From NCBI GenBank assembly GCA_028534125.1, contig CM052816.1:77130001-77194000 (forward strand): a stretch of 64,000 nucleotides of DNA. Reading direction: 5' to 3'. The translations under genes and the position numbers were made by a program. Positions 23,451 through 37,086 of the stretch are shown here, piece after piece. Below the pieces are notes generated by a model, which saw only the letters and a program-made list of their open reading frames with translations, did not search any database and was not told where the DNA came from. This stretch comes from Lama glama. Taxonomy: Eukaryota. The first letter of the stretch is position 1. Every line of letters starts with the position of its first letter.

Positions 23451-24894
23451 CATGTGATGATGACTCCTTCTGTCTTTTAATGGATGTTTTTAAAAAATCT
23501 GGGTCATCAGGGAGTACCTTGAGCAGCCACATAACTTCTCGCAGTCATCCCTCCTGGTCCTGGACCATTTGCGTCAGGTCGAATTGTAGTCAGGATGTCT
23601 TCGTGGGAGCCTCTTACCGTCTGTGTTTTCTCTGAACTCCAAGAATCCCTAGTGTTGAGCCCACGTCTGACTGAGTTCCCTGCTTTCCCCGGAGTTTAAG
23701 CTGCTACTTTCTGCCTACTTGCTCTTTTCTTCTTAACTCATTTTCCCCAACTGGTCAAAACCGAGGCAGAATAACTTCTCTGTATCACTTTTTTAACCTT
23801 CTGGGCGATGAAGTGGTCGTAAGCCACACAAAGAATTTTCTGTGCACGTTGTTCTTAGCTGACCTTACCTCTGTCCTGCCACACGGGAGAATGCTCTGAG
23901 TCCTGCATTAGCTAGATACTTTGGGTTTTGTTTGTTTGCTCGTTGTTAACCACACCTGAACTTTAAGTCTGGGAATAGTTTCCAAGTTTCTGGAAATAGT
24001 AAGTGGCTCTTCGTCTCTGTTGTTGCTAAAGGTCAATTTTCAGGAGAAATTCAACCTCAAAACTTCTTTGACTCCTCCCTTTCACTTGCTTCTCTCTTCC
24101 CCCATATTCAATTAATGACTCTTTTCTCTTCAGACTATCTCTTACATCCAACTTTCATAACAATTTTTTACCACAATAAATAAAACAAGTTCAGGCTTTT
24201 GAAACTTTTTAACTGACTGTGCGGCAGTCAGTGGCCACGTGGATTTCCTTGTCAGCATCCCCCTCACCCTGAATGGTGACCTGAAACTGGTCACACTCGT
24301 CCCACACTCCTTTCTAGTGACTGCCTCAGGAATGGGCACGTGGCCTGATTCTGTTCGAAGTGTGAGGGACTGTTGCCCATGGACCTTCTGAGAGACATTT
24401 CCTTGGCCCTAAAAATTAGAAGAGTCAGTTTTCTTGTCTCTTCTGGATGTGATAACAGAATCCCCAGCAACTGTTCCTAGGCATTTCTTGAGATGTGCAA
24501 TTTCAGCTGTCTGAACTTTAAAATACGAAGTGTCTCAACAGATACACCAGGCTCTCTGCCTATAAATTTCTCACTTCCCATCTTCCTCATGCCAGATTAA
24601 ACCTCCCTAAAATGCAAAAGCCTTCATAACTTCATTCCTCTCTTCAAGTTACCTTCTGTGAAGGGAACTGAAAATTAAAGGCCAGGGTCCAAGATGATAA
24701 GAATCCGTACAATTCTGTAACTTTGCTACTTCCCATGCTTGTTATTTTTTTTATATTATACCATATTCAGTCATTTTCATTCCTTCAACAAAGATTTATT
24801 GAGCATCTATTGTCAGATGCTGTGCTGTACCTGGAGGTACAAAAAATGAGTAAGAATCAGTTTATGCCATCAGGGAATTTACAGTCTAGTAGAG

Positions 24895-25340
24895 GAGTGT
24901 GGCAGGTACTAATGCTGCCCACTCAGTAGATAACCCCTGTTTTTTCTTCTTAGCCCCAATTTTGTTCAGACATTACTGTGTCTGGCCAGAGTGGATGATT
25001 TGTAATTTGTCTGGGAGTGAACATGTGAATGAGACTTAAGAGGAAGCCTACTGGGGATTTGGGGAAAAAATGTCTTCATGATAAAAGGCATGAGACAATC
25101 ACTTACTTCCTTACTTCCTGGTGTCCTGCTCTATTAGGCCATGATGTGCGGGGCAGTGGCAGCCATCTTGAGATTGAAGGAAAGGCCAGTTGAATCAGGG
25201 ATGTGTGTCACACAATCACACTGTGCTGTAGCATCATTGAGCTGCTGATCCAACTTTGGAACTGTGTATGCCCAGACTTAACTTTCTATAAGCTCATCAA
25301 GTGCCTTTCTTGTTTCAGCCATTAGTCACTGAGTTTTCTA
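24895..25340 (+). mobile_element. MLT1 (MaLR) LTR
   Basis: tgtggcagg...ggcagccatcttgag...gagctgctgatccaac...tgagttttct. Confidence 0.6.
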
Positions 25341-25569
25341 ACTAAAACAAGGGAGAAAGCCATGCAAAGAAGTATTCAAAACACAGTATAATATATGTGA
25401 TTATTGAGTTGTGCGTGGGAAGGTGGTACACTTAGAGGTGTGCAAAGAGAAATAACACTGACCATAAGAATCACTGTTCAGGAGAAGCAGACCCATCAAT
25501 GCATATTTGTAGAGCATGTGATAAATGCAATGCTAGTAATATTCACGGGAAGTATAAGCCTACCAAAGA

Positions 25570-28550
25570 GGAAAATTTGACCCAGGTGTCCGTAACGTTT
25601 GCTCATGAGGAGAGTGAGGTGATGTATTTTCGGCAGGAGCACTGTGGATGTCACACTGCATCCTTCTTAGCGTATCACATCAGTGGGTGCCTGATGTCAG
25701 TTTGTCCCATTACTGGCAATGTTAAGTCAGATTACAATGTTCAGGAGGTGTTTGCCAGGTTCTTTGCTTAAATTCACCATTTCCCTTTGTCATTGATAAG
25801 TACTTTGTGAGAAGATATTTTGAGACTCTGTAGATACACCATTATCAAACTTTCACCTACCAGTTTTAGCATCTATTGATGATTCTTGCTGAACTGATTT
25901 TTATAAGGATGTTTGTGAAATGATTTTTAGAGCTCTTTTATTCCTTCCAGATTCATTTTGTGGCAGTCTGTAATAGGGAAGTCTTTCCTCCTCCTTCATT
26001 TATTCATTGATAAACTGATACTGATTCATATCAGCATTTATGGATCTCTATTTTATTCAGTAGATGAACTGTAAATATCACTTATTTTCATGTTCAAATT
26101 GCCCCAGATCTGGCCTCTTCAAACTTCCCCGTGTGCTCTTATTCTTTGAGAATTTCTTTAATTTATTGTACAATAAGATATTCCAGAGTCATCTTGAACT
26201 TTTCTTGTCCTAGCCATGAAATCAGCCATTTCTCCAAGGACCTTGCTTTCTTTTCCTGGAGAATGGTGTGGTATTTAGAAACTAAGATCTAGGTACTAGG
26301 TGTGTTCATTGCTATTGGGGTGTCATTGCTTTAGTGGACCTAAGTAATAGATATGTGTGTACACACATCCACCTATAAACACATGGAAGTAGAATATGTA
26401 TCTATAATGATAGAGTTATAAAATAAACCATGAGGTCATACTGACTTCCAATTCTAATCTAACACAACCTTCTCTGACAATGAGAAATATGGCCTCATTA
26501 TCCTTAATATATTTACATGTTTAATCCTCTAATGTACCAAAAGAGTTTTGTAATTACTGACCCACATGACTTTGACAAACAGTTTGACTAACTGGAATTC
26601 ATATTTATTTATAGGTCCCATTTTCTTTAGTCTGAGGGTATGTAGTCAAGATATAGTATTCAAAAGTTACTCAGGTTGGTTTTTCCCATCCTTTGGTAAG
26701 ATTGTTACTGATTTGAAATACAGTTAAATTTATTTGTTTTTGTTTGTATTGCATTTTAGGTTTTGTTTTCCCCATTCTCTAAAATGTTATTATTGTATAA
26801 TTGTTTTGAGTATATAAACATAATTCCAAAAGTGAGAACTATTCAAAAATATTCAGAGAAGTGTCACTCCCTCACCTCTTGTTTCTTCTACCTCAGTCTC
26901 ATCTACTCTTGTATTTCTGATGTATCCTTTGTTTTGTTTTTGCAAAATTAAGGAAATACATAACCTTTTCTTATTTTCTCCACAATTTTTTTTGCAGAAA
27001 AGGGTGTACAATATAGATGCCACATTGCATCCTTCTTAATGCATTACATCAATAGTGTATAATGTCAGTTTGTCCCATTATTGGGAAGATTAAATTGGAT
27101 TACAAGTGCAAGGCCTTTTGTGCTTTGCTTTTTTTACTTAACAAACGTGGTTCAGGGGAAGGGTATAGCTCAAGTGGTAGAGCGCGTGCCTAGCATGCAT
27201 AAGGTCTTGGGTTCAATCCCCAGGACCTCTAAAAAAAAATCAATAAATAAACCTAATTACTTCTCTTCCCCCCCCAAAAAAAGGAAAAAAAAAGAGGAAA
27301 AAACCCCAAATGTGGTTCATAAGCATCATCTTCCATTATTTTTATGGCTGCATAGTGCTCCATTATGTGGATTCAGCATAGTTTATTTTATGACTTTTCT
27401 GCATTCCAAATATTGCTGTATTGAGTAAACTTTTGCATATATATTTCTGTTTTTAGAGGAGTATCTTCAAAGTAAGTTCCTAGACATGAGATTGCTAAGT
27501 CAAAAGGTAAACACATATGTAGTTTTGTTAAGTATTGTCAAATTCTCCTCCTCAGAGGTTGTACCAATTTCTATTCTCACCAGCAAAGTCTAAGGGCTCC
27601 TGTTTCCCCAAAGCCTCACCAACAAAATGTGTCGTCAAACTTAAACATTTTTGCCAATCACATAGGTGAGAAATGGTACTTCTTAATGAAGAGGTGTTCA
27701 AATGTGTGTTTTCTGTGTGTGTGTGTGTAGGGGGTCTGTTCATGTCTTTTGCTAGTTTTTCTCTCTTTTTTTTAACCAAGCCTAGCAGGTCTCCTTCTGT
27801 GACTTTTAAATGAATTCTTTATGTATTAAGACTTCTTCATATATCAGAGATACTAGCCCTTTATCTGTATATCGCAAATATCTTCCAGTTTGTCTTTGTC
27901 AACTTTGTTTATGGTGTTTTTTGCCGTGCAACTTTTTTTGGTAACTAAACTGTTAAATCTTTTATTGCCTCTGGATTTTGAGCCAGAGTCAAAACTCTTT
28001 CATTACACCAAAGTTATAGAGGAATTCCCCTGTGTGTACTTACTGTATCTATATGGTTTTATTTTTTACATTCTTCTCTCTGATCCATTTGGAGTTTATT
28101 CTTATCAGTGGTATAAGATATGAATCCAATTTTATGTTTTTCCAGATGGTTATCCAATTTGTCCCAGCACTGTTACTAAAACATTCATTTTTTGTTTCAG
28201 TGACTTGAAATACTACCTTTTTCATACACTAATTTTCCACAGGTACTTGAGTCTAGATTTTTTCTATCCTGTTCTTGTCTGTCTGTTCACACCCCAGTAC
28301 CTTACTGTTTTAATTATTGAGGCTTTATAATGTTTTAATGTCTTGAATCCTTCCTTTCGCAATGGCTCCATTGTGAAAAACTTTTTGGTACTGATACTGG
28401 AGCTGCGCTATATTTATAAATTAACTTGGGGGAAAACTGACACTCCTATGGACTGAATTGTTCTACTCAAAACGAGAGATGTCTTCTGTTTGTTCAAGTG
28501 TCCTGTTTGTTTTGCTCAGGGGAGTTCTGAAGACTTCCACATTTCTTGTT
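25570..28550 (-). mobile_element. ancient L1 (L1MC/MD-type) 3'UTR plus ORF2 segment, interrupted by a SINE
   Basis: gtttgtcccattactgg; aatcagccatttctccaagga; gattgctaagtcaaaaggt; ccatttggagtttatt. Confidence 0.8.
27155..27306 (+). mobile_element. Vic-1-type tRNA-derived SINE with 13-bp TSD
   Basis: GGGGAAGGGTATAGCTCAAGTGGTAGAGCGCGTGCCTAGCATGCATAAGGTCTTGGGTTCAATCCCCAGG plus A-rich tail; TSD caaacgtggttca (27142-27154) and caaatgtggttca (27307-27319). Confidence 0.9.
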
Positions 28551-30879
28551 TCTTGGGAAGTCCTCTGTCATCCCAGTCTCTCTACTCGGGTGAGTTAGGC
28601 TCAAAATACAACTATTAAGCATTTCTTCTTTTGGCTTCCTCTGAATTTATCTTCTTATTCTCATTCTTAGTATTTATCATTCTCATTAATCTTGTTCACC
28701 CCAGGATGATAATGACGTTTTCCTCTTGATTCTAGTTGATGGTAGAACTGAGTACACCCAAGCCTTCAAACACTGAGCCAGGCCCTGAAAGTCATGTCCA
28801 GAATCATGAGGCAGAGGACAGACTTCACATGGGTTCCAGGAGCGTCTTTTCAGCCACTCTCATGGAGATGATGGTTTTCACCGATGGTAGAGTGAAGAGA
28901 TCTATATGTTCAACCCTGCCAGCTGCTCTAGGTGGATTTGTGGACAGTTAGTACAGAAAACAGCTGTGTTTGTCTTGTTACTTCTGTCCTTTCCTAATGG
29001 TTTATTTATTCAAAACAATTCTCCTTTGACCTGCTTAGGACCAGCCTAGCTAAAAGATGTTTTAAACACAAACCAAGTGTTATTAGCCTTGGGAACAAAA
29101 GAGTCAATTCAAGGACAATTTATCAGGTTCCCAGCCAGTTTGGAAACTCCCTTGTGGCTGAGAGTAAATTATCTATTACCAATCTAGACTTCTGTAGGTT
29201 TTATCAGAAATCTCACCTTCAAAGGCCAGTCCTACGCTACTAAAATTTTGTCAGTTCCCGGATCCGAAGCCATCATCCCTGGGATAACTTTAATGCCTTT
29301 CAGAAACCCAGAGGCAATACCAAATGTCAATTTCCTATGAGATAAACATTCCCTTCCTTGAATTGTTTTCTCTTTTAACTTAACTCGCCAATTTTCAATC
29401 AATTACCTTTCCTTTCTAGTGCATGTGTTTTATGTAACTCTCTTTGTTGGAGACCTGGGAGAGGGTGGGGATTGCTCCTCAGTTCCCTCAAGTTCATCCC
29501 TGTCTCAGCAAAGCTGATCTGACCCTAAGTCCCCACAGATGCTGCAGATCCCTGGAGCAAGGAACCCAAGGGGCCCTGCAGAGTCCTTGCCGTACTAAGC
29601 ACAGTCACCCTATGCCAGTGGGCTGAGGATCTAGAAGTTACTAAGATCCATGTAAGGTCCATTTTGGGGAAATCTGATTATTGACTGAGGCCAGATGGGG
29701 ACAGAGACCAGAAATACCTACTGATTCTGCAGAGAGGCTTCCCTCCCTCTCCTTTATGGAATATTCTCACCAGCCTGAACTCCCGTGGTTTCTTGTGAGG
29801 TGTAATTTTCCCAATCACAGCAGTCTCAAATTGTACCCTGTGGTCAAGCAAATCAGCTGGACCACAAATGATTTTCAGTCCAGCCTCACCTCTTACCAAA
29901 TGTTCCAGCTGGGTGGACAACAGGCCCCATGAGGTTAAGAGACGCAGCCCTGGGTTCCAGCGTGAGTCAGTCGCTCAGCTATGCTGTGAAATGTGGGCCT
30001 GTTCAGGCTTCCAGGACTTCTCTCAAACCAGCAGACCACAGGTCCCTCTTCTGCAACAGAATCAGCTTGTCTGCAGAGAAATGGAATTAAGCTATTAGCA
30101 AGTGGTTTCTGACTCCTGCAGAAACACCAGCAACAATGGCCACTTCAACATAACGTTTTAAGAGAGCTGTTGGTTTTGGCAGCACTTGGCTGTATCACAC
30201 ATTCCTGCCACTTAATTGTCCTTGCAAAGATCAACAAAGACCTTCTGAAGCAGAGCTGGCTGTAGAACTCAGCCAACCACATGTTTGTTAAAATGAGGCA
30301 GAAAAGGGGGTTAGCGCTATATATTCAGCTGTCCTCTGAAATAACACCGTTTTCTCTACAGGGTCATCCATGTCCTGAACTTCCGTATCCCACCCACACT
30401 GCCTTCGATTCTGAAAGAAAGTTTCAAAATATGTTCTCATTCTTGATTGCATGATTATCAAACTGCTTCCTCTGACCTTCACAGTCATCTGGCAAGTTCA
30501 AAGCTCACATAAGGCAGTGTCCAATTTTTTGTTTGTTTGTTTCTCGTGCTTTTAAATATAACACAATCACATTATTATAATGATATTAATGGTGATAGTG
30601 AACAAACATCCTTTTCTTAGTGGACATGGATAAAGGACCCTCGTGGGCTAAGAGCCATGCAGGACGTAGACCTGAACATGAATCTTTCTCTCTCTCTCAA
30701 CAAAGGCAAGAAAAAAGAGAAAACACAGTGATAGATGCACATTTCTTCACCTTCTATATGCAGGGTCTGGCCAGAGAGCCAGGGGAGGAAATCAGTGAGA
30801 CAGGGGAATTGATTCTTGCCCACAGTGAGTTAATAATCACTGTGGGGAGGTCACGCCAGTATTAGAGATGGTTAAACCT

Positions 30880-31370
30880 TTTATTTTTAAAAAATTTTAT
30901 TTATTCTTAAAATTTTATTTTTATTGAAATGTAGTTGATTTACAATGTTAGTTTCAGGTGTACAGCAAAGTGATTCAGTTATACATATACATACGTATAT
31001 ATTTTTTTCAGATTCTTTTCCATTATAGCTTATTACAAGAAATTGAATATAATTCCCTGTGCTATACAGTAGATCCTTGTTTATCTATTTTATATATATA
31101 GTAGTGTGTATCTGTTAATCCCAAACTCCTAATTTATCCCTCCCTGGCCCTTTCCCCTTTGGTTAACCATAGTTTGTTTTCTATGTTTGTGAGTCTATTT
31201 TTGGTTTGTAAATAAAATTTGTATCAATTTTTTTAGATTCCACATATAAGTGATATCATGTGATATTTGTCTTTCTCTGTCTGACTTACTTCACTTAGTA
31301 TGATCATCTCTAGGTTCATCCATGTTGCTGCAAATGGCATGATTTCATTCTTTTTTATCTGTTCATCTGT
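30880..31370 (-). mobile_element. L1 3' fragment
   Basis: ttattgaaatgtagttgatttacaatg...tagattccacatataagtgatatc...ccatgttgctgcaaatggc. Confidence 0.92.
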
Positions 31371-31844
31371 GACTAAGAACTTTTAAATAGAGGCAGATAA
31401 ATCACCCTGTGGCTTTCCTGGGTCTTTGGAAATACTGAAAATTAGAAGCCAGTTTCTGAAGGTCATGTTTAGGGACTGAGTGAGAGTAAGGTTGGCATCC
31501 ATTTTGGCCACACTTTATACTTCTGGAAACATGTTCATGTTCACTATGTCCTGGGTGTTCTACCAAGAAACTCCTGAAAATACTTTATGAAAATGGGCTT
31601 GTGAGAAATGGAAATGGGAGCTAGGATTCCCATCTCCAACCCTTAACTGGGAAATGTTGTAAGAAGAGAAAGCAAGGGATCTGGTTATGTTAAAGTTATG
31701 CTTTATTTTTTGAATTAATAGTAAACATGTATAGAGCACTACCAAGCACATGGTACAGAAGAGAAGACATTTTATGGCCTTATGATTAATAGAAAGAAAA
31801 AAATCATGTCTTAAGATGCAAAGGACCTGAGAGATGAACTAACC

Positions 31845-32150
31845 ACTGTCTTTGCACATGCTGTTCCCTTTGCCTGGAACACCACTCTTTGGTTCATCCT
31901 TACTTCCTGTGAGATTCAGCTTAGATGTCACCTCTGTAAAGAAGCCAGCCTTTGGTCCTCTCAAGTTCACACCCCTCCTCTGTGCTCTCATAACCTTTCT
32001 CAGTCTCAAAATACATATTTTCTTGTATTTTGTTTGAAATCACCCCACCCAGCACTGCCCAACATTGACCCAAGCTCTTTCAGAATAAAGACACAATCTG
32101 TTTTACACATTTATCCCTGGAGCCTAGCACATGGTAGGCCTATATGCCGT
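31845..32150 (+). mobile_element. L2 3' fragment
   Basis: ctttgcacatgctgttccctttgcctggaacac...cctagcacatggtagg. Confidence 0.75.
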
Positions 32151-32239
32151 ATTTTAAAAACAACGCTATGATAAAGTTCTCTCTCTTCATGAAAGAGGCA
32201 ACAAGGGAAAGATTTTAACAGTGTAGCTGAGAGAAGGGT

Positions 32240-32721
32240 TGTATTAGTTTCCTGTGGCTGCTGTAATAAACTAGGTTTAAAACAACAGAAATTTTTTTCT
32301 TTCACGGTTCTGGAGCCTGGAAGTCTGAAATCAGTATCACCAGGTAGAACTTAAGGTATCAGCAGGGCTGTGCTTCCTTCAGAAGCTCTAGGGGAGAACC
32401 TAGAACCTTTTCCCAGCTTCTGGAGGTTGCCAGCCGCCTTTGACTTGTGGCTACAGCACTCCCATCTTCAAGGCCAGCATCTCCAAATCTTTTTCTGCGC
32501 TGTCTTCACATTGCTTCCTCTTCCATGTGTGTGTCAAACCTGCCCCTGCTTCTGTCTTAAAGATACATGTGATTACATTTACCCAGATAATCCAGAATAA
32601 CCTTCCCATCTGAAGATCCTTAGTCACATCTACATAGACTTTACCATATAAAATAATATTCACCAGTTCCAAAGGTTAGGGCATGGATATCTTTAGGGGG
32701 AGGCATTTTTCAGTCTACCAT
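32240..32721 (-). mobile_element. MLT1B/C-type MaLR solo LTR
   Basis: tgtattagtttcctgtggctgctgtaa...ttctggagcctggaagtctgaaatca...cagtctacca. Confidence 0.88.
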
Positions 32722-32899
32722 AGGAGGCTTGGAAAGAAAAATTTTTTTTCATGGTGATAAAATAATTAACAAGAAGAAGTAATTTGATAAAGAATAATAT
32801 GTCACAGAATGAGCAAAATCTTTGAAAATGAGGAAGTTGGTAATGAGGAAACAAAAGAAAATTTATTATAAAATAGGAAACAAAATATTTAATTTGGCA

Positions 32900-33145
32900 A
32901 TCTAGGGAGGCAGACTTCATAGCCCAATAGTTAAGGGCATAGGTGCTGGAACTCAACTGCCAGGTTAGAATCTCACTCCATCATTCACTGGCTGTGTGAC
33001 CTGGGATAAGTTACTGAACTTTCCTGTGTCTCAGTGTCCTTATCTATAAAATGGCAATAATAATAGTACTTGCTTCATGGGGTTATGGTAAATGATTAAA
33101 AGACAATATATTTAGAGGATTTGGAAGTGTTTGCTATTATTAGTT
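32900..33145 (+). mobile_element. MIR SINE
   Basis: ggctgtgtgacctgggataagttactgaactttcctgtgtctcagtgtccttatctataaaatgg. Confidence 0.85.
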
Positions 33146-33469
33146 GAAAAACTGGAAATTTACCAGAAGAAATATAAGTTAAAACAGAACAAAAAGGAGA
33201 AATGTGTGGAAGATATATGTTGATTAAAAAAAGAGAACTTTAAAAATGATTGACCAAGAGGAAAGAGTAAAAAGAAATGCTGAAGAAATGATGTAAGATG
33301 AAAGATGTTTTTTAAAAAGTAAATTAAAAACATTTGCAACCACAAATTTGAGGAGGAAATAGAGTAAATATGTTGCATATCAGAAAAAGACTGAGACTGT
33401 AATTGAGGACATCAGGAAAATTGCAGAAAGCAGAAAAGAATGTTCCAAGGCTAACAACTCTTCTTTCCT

Positions 33470-36430
33470 TTATATAGTTATGTGGTTGGTAGTGTTTTTT
33501 TCAGATCTTCTATGTCTCTGCTGATTTTTTTTGTCTAGTTATTCTAGTAATTGCTGAGAGATGGATGATTGATAAAATCTCTAAAACTGGAATTTTCAGT
33601 TTCTCCGTTGAATTCTGTCTGTTTCTACCTCATGTATTTTGAAATTCTTTTTTTAGTGGCACACACATTTGTGATTGTTTATGCCTTCCTCGTGAATTGA
33701 CCCTGTTATTATAATGAAATATTCCTCTTTATCTCTGATAGTACTTTTTGTCTTGTATTTCCTGGGGTGACCATTAAAAAGTACCACAAATTGGATGGTT
33801 TAAAACAACAGAAATTATACTCTCTCAGTTCTGGATACTAGAAGTCTGAAATCAAAGTATCAGCAAGGCCATCCTCCCTCTGAAGGCTCTAGGCAAGAAT
33901 TCTTCCTCGCCTCTTCCAGCTTCTTCAGTTGCCTGCAATCCTTGGTGCTCCTTGGCTTGCAGATGCATCAGTCCAGCCTCTGCCTCTGTCATCACAGAGC
34001 CTTCTTCTCCATGTCTCTGTGTCCAAATTTTCCTCTTCTCATAAGGATACTGGTCATTGGATTAGAGCCCACTCTAATCCACTATGACCTCATCTCAACT
34101 TGATCACATCAGTAAAGACCTTGCTTCCAAATAAGATCACATTCACAGGTACCAGGAATTGGGACTTCTACTACCTTTTTGGGAAATGCAGTTCAACCCA
34201 GAAAAACTTGGAATCTATTTTGTCTGACCTTCACGTAGCCACTAAGCCTTCTTATGCTTTCTATTTGCCTAGTATATATATTTTTTCTCTTCATTTACTT
34301 TGAGCTTCTTTATATCTGCAGATTTAAAATGTGTCTTTTGTAGACAGTAGTTTTAAAATTCCTTCTGACAATCTCAGGTTAAATTGTTTAATCTATTAAT
34401 TTTTAATGTAATTATTGATATAGTTGGGCAAGTCAACCATTTTATTTTTTGCTTTTTACCTGTCTCCTCTATTTTTCAGCCTATGCCTTTCATTTAACTG
34501 CCCTTAAAAGTTATTTGAATATTTTAAATTCCATTAAAATGTTCCTATTGGCTTTTTAGCTGTGCTGCTTTGCAATTGTTTTCTTAGTGGTTGACAAGTG
34601 ATTACAATATATATTCTTAACTTTTCACAGTTAACATGGTGACACTTTGTATAAAATATTAAAAACTTGGAAACATATAGAGCCATAGCCACCCCTACTC
34701 TGTCCTTTTTGTTATGGTTGTTACATGTGCTACATACACCTATAGTATAAATCCCACTAGACGATGTCATACTTTGTGTCTTTAACAGACTTATTTTAAA
34801 ATTAAGAGAAAAAAAGAAAACAATATTTTGCATTTCTCCAGCTTTTTTTTTTCTCACCATTTCTGATGCTCTTCATTCTTTTCTGATGATATAGATTTCC
34901 ATCTAGAATCTTTTTCCTTCAGCTTAAGGAGCCTCCCTTTGCATTCTTATTGTGCAGATCTGCTAGCAACAAATTCTTAGTTCTCTTTTATCTGAAATAG
35001 CTTTTATTTTGCCTTTATCTTTGAAGGATTTTTTTGCTGGATAAGATATTCTGAGTTGATAGGGGTTTTTTTTCCCCCCTTTCAACACTTTAGTGATGTT
35101 TCATTCTCTTCTGGTCTCCATGGTTTCCAATGAGAATTCACTTCTTAATAGGATTCTCATCCCCTGTATGTAATGTGCCATTTTTCTTTTGCTGCTTTTA
35201 AGGTTTGTTCTATATCTTTGGCTCAACAGTTTAACTGTGATGTATTTCCATGTTGGTGTCTTCGTGTTTATTCTAATTGGTGTTGACAAAGCATCTTGAA
35301 TCTGTAAATTTTTGTTTTTCAACAAATTTGAGAAACTTTTGGCTATTATTACTTCAACTATTTTTTTCTGCCCTGTTCTTTCTCTCTTTTTCTTCTGAAA
35401 TTGCCTGTGTGTTGAACCATTTGATATTATCTAAGAGGCCCTTTCTTCATTTGTTTCAATCTTTTTTCTCTCTGTTCATCTACTTAGATAATTTCATTTA
35501 TTTCCAAGTTCACGTACTCTTTATTTTTTACCTCTCCACTTTATTATTAAATTCATTCAATAATTTTAAAATGTTAGATATTATATTTTTTTGGTTCTAG
35601 GATTTCTACTTTTAAAAAATTGTTTAAATATCTCTGCTGAGTTTTCCTATGTTTTCATTCATCTAGAGCATTTTTGCTTTACTTTATCAAGAATAGTTAA
35701 AATGCTTCTTTAACATTCTGATCAGTTAGTTTCAACATCTGCTTCATCTCAGGGTCAGATGTAGTTCACTTTCTTTTCTCTCGAGAATATGCTTCATTTT
35801 CTGGATTCTTTACATGTCAAGTTACTTGTGAAAGTGTCACATATATTGTGAATGTAAAGTTACGAAGTTTCTGTGCCTTTTCTCTAACAACGTAGGTTGT
35901 TCCCTCTGCTTTTGCAGGCAGTTTTCTTGGTGAGGCTTGAACTGCAAATTCTCCTCCTTTGGCAGCAGCTCTTCTCTTCAGATCATTTTCTTTAGCCGAG
36001 CTGCTTCCTTTTGTTCCATGAGTGCGTGGTTCAGAGGTCAGCCTGAGATGCAAGTAGACAGAATTAAGGGATCCTTTCTCTTCCCTTCCAGGACTCCTCA
36101 CTCACTTTAGTAACAGTTTCCCAGCTTCACTTTTCTGATTCCACTAACCAGAAAGACTGTGGGTTTTTCCATCAGTGCCCTCACCACTAGGCTGCCAAAT
36201 GCCAAATGGACCGCATCAATCCCAAACTAAAAGCCACAGAAATGGGGAACTTACATCATCTCACTTCACTCCTCCAAGCATTTCCTCCCCTTAAGAATCT
36301 TTCTGCTTCTGTTTCCCCTCCCATGGCTTCAGGTAGTTGTTTTTGTACTTTATTTGGGTTTTATCATTGTTTCTAGAGGGGAAAGGGCTTCCTCTGGTAG
36401 GGACTTATTATTCCATTATTACCAGCAGCT
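33470..36430 (-). mobile_element. ancient L1 (ORF1/5' region and ORF2 start) with a nested MaLR LTR
   Basis: Minus ORF NLQIQDALSTPIRINTKTPTWKYITVKLL resembles L1 ORF1; antisense L1 motifs throughout. Confidence 0.75.
33755..34200 (-). mobile_element. MLT1C-type MaLR LTR nested in L1
   Basis: gtaccacaaattggatggtttaaaacaacagaaatt...ggattagagcccactctaatcc...cagttcaaccca. Confidence 0.88.
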
Positions 36431-36638
36431 GGAAATCTATTTGAGCTGAAGAATAGTTTTTAACAGAAAAGAGTTGAAAACAACTTGAGTGTCCATCAAC
36501 AGAGAATGATTAAGACAGTAGTACCTCATCCTCTGAAATACTATGCAGCTATTAAAAAGAATAAGATTAACCTAGCTACTGAAAAGGAGAGACCACCAGG
36601 AAACACTCTCAGGCTCGAAAGCCAGCTTTAGAACTGTC

Positions 36639-37086
36639 TGTAGAGCCTGCATAGTGGGTGCTGTCTGGTGTGCTTCCTGGGTCCTCCATTCAGGATCGAT
36701 GCACTTGTTTCTCCAGCTACTGGGGGCATTGGCCGCTCAAGGAGCATGGCAGAGTCCCTCTCCAGGAACAGCCCTCAGCTGAAGCAAGCTACATTCTCTA
36801 AAGTATATCCCCTCCTCGGGGGCAGCTGTCTTTCAATGACTGGTCAATGGGAAGTACAACAGCCCAGTCCCCTTTAATTTAGGTCGACTCCGAAGGCATA
36901 TCCCAGATCTGTCCCCATGTGATTGGCTGAGACCTATTTACATCAGAGTTCAACTTGCTCTTCTGCCCAATCCTGCACCCTCAATCCCTCACAGACCTTG
37001 TTCCAGAAATTCATTCTCCCCTCTAAATCTCTTGCATGCAAATCTCCATCTCAGAGTCTATTTCTTGGGGAAACTGACCTAAGGCA
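36639..37086 (+). mobile_element. LTR16-family ERVL solo LTR
   Basis: Ends with tgcatgcaaatctccatctcagagtctatttcttggggaaactgacctaaggca. Confidence 0.75.

Noticed and set aside
27155..27230. tRNA gene
   Set aside because: tRNA-like head followed by a SINE body, A-rich tail and TSD; no proper acceptor-stem pairing
28736..28951. ORF after the acceptor-like ttcctcttgattctag
   Set aside because: No good downstream donor and no recognisable peptide
30288..30488. Protein-like minus ORF (…DTEVQDMDDPVEKT…)
   Set aside because: An acceptor is present but the donor is weak (ACG|gtgtta); no family recognised
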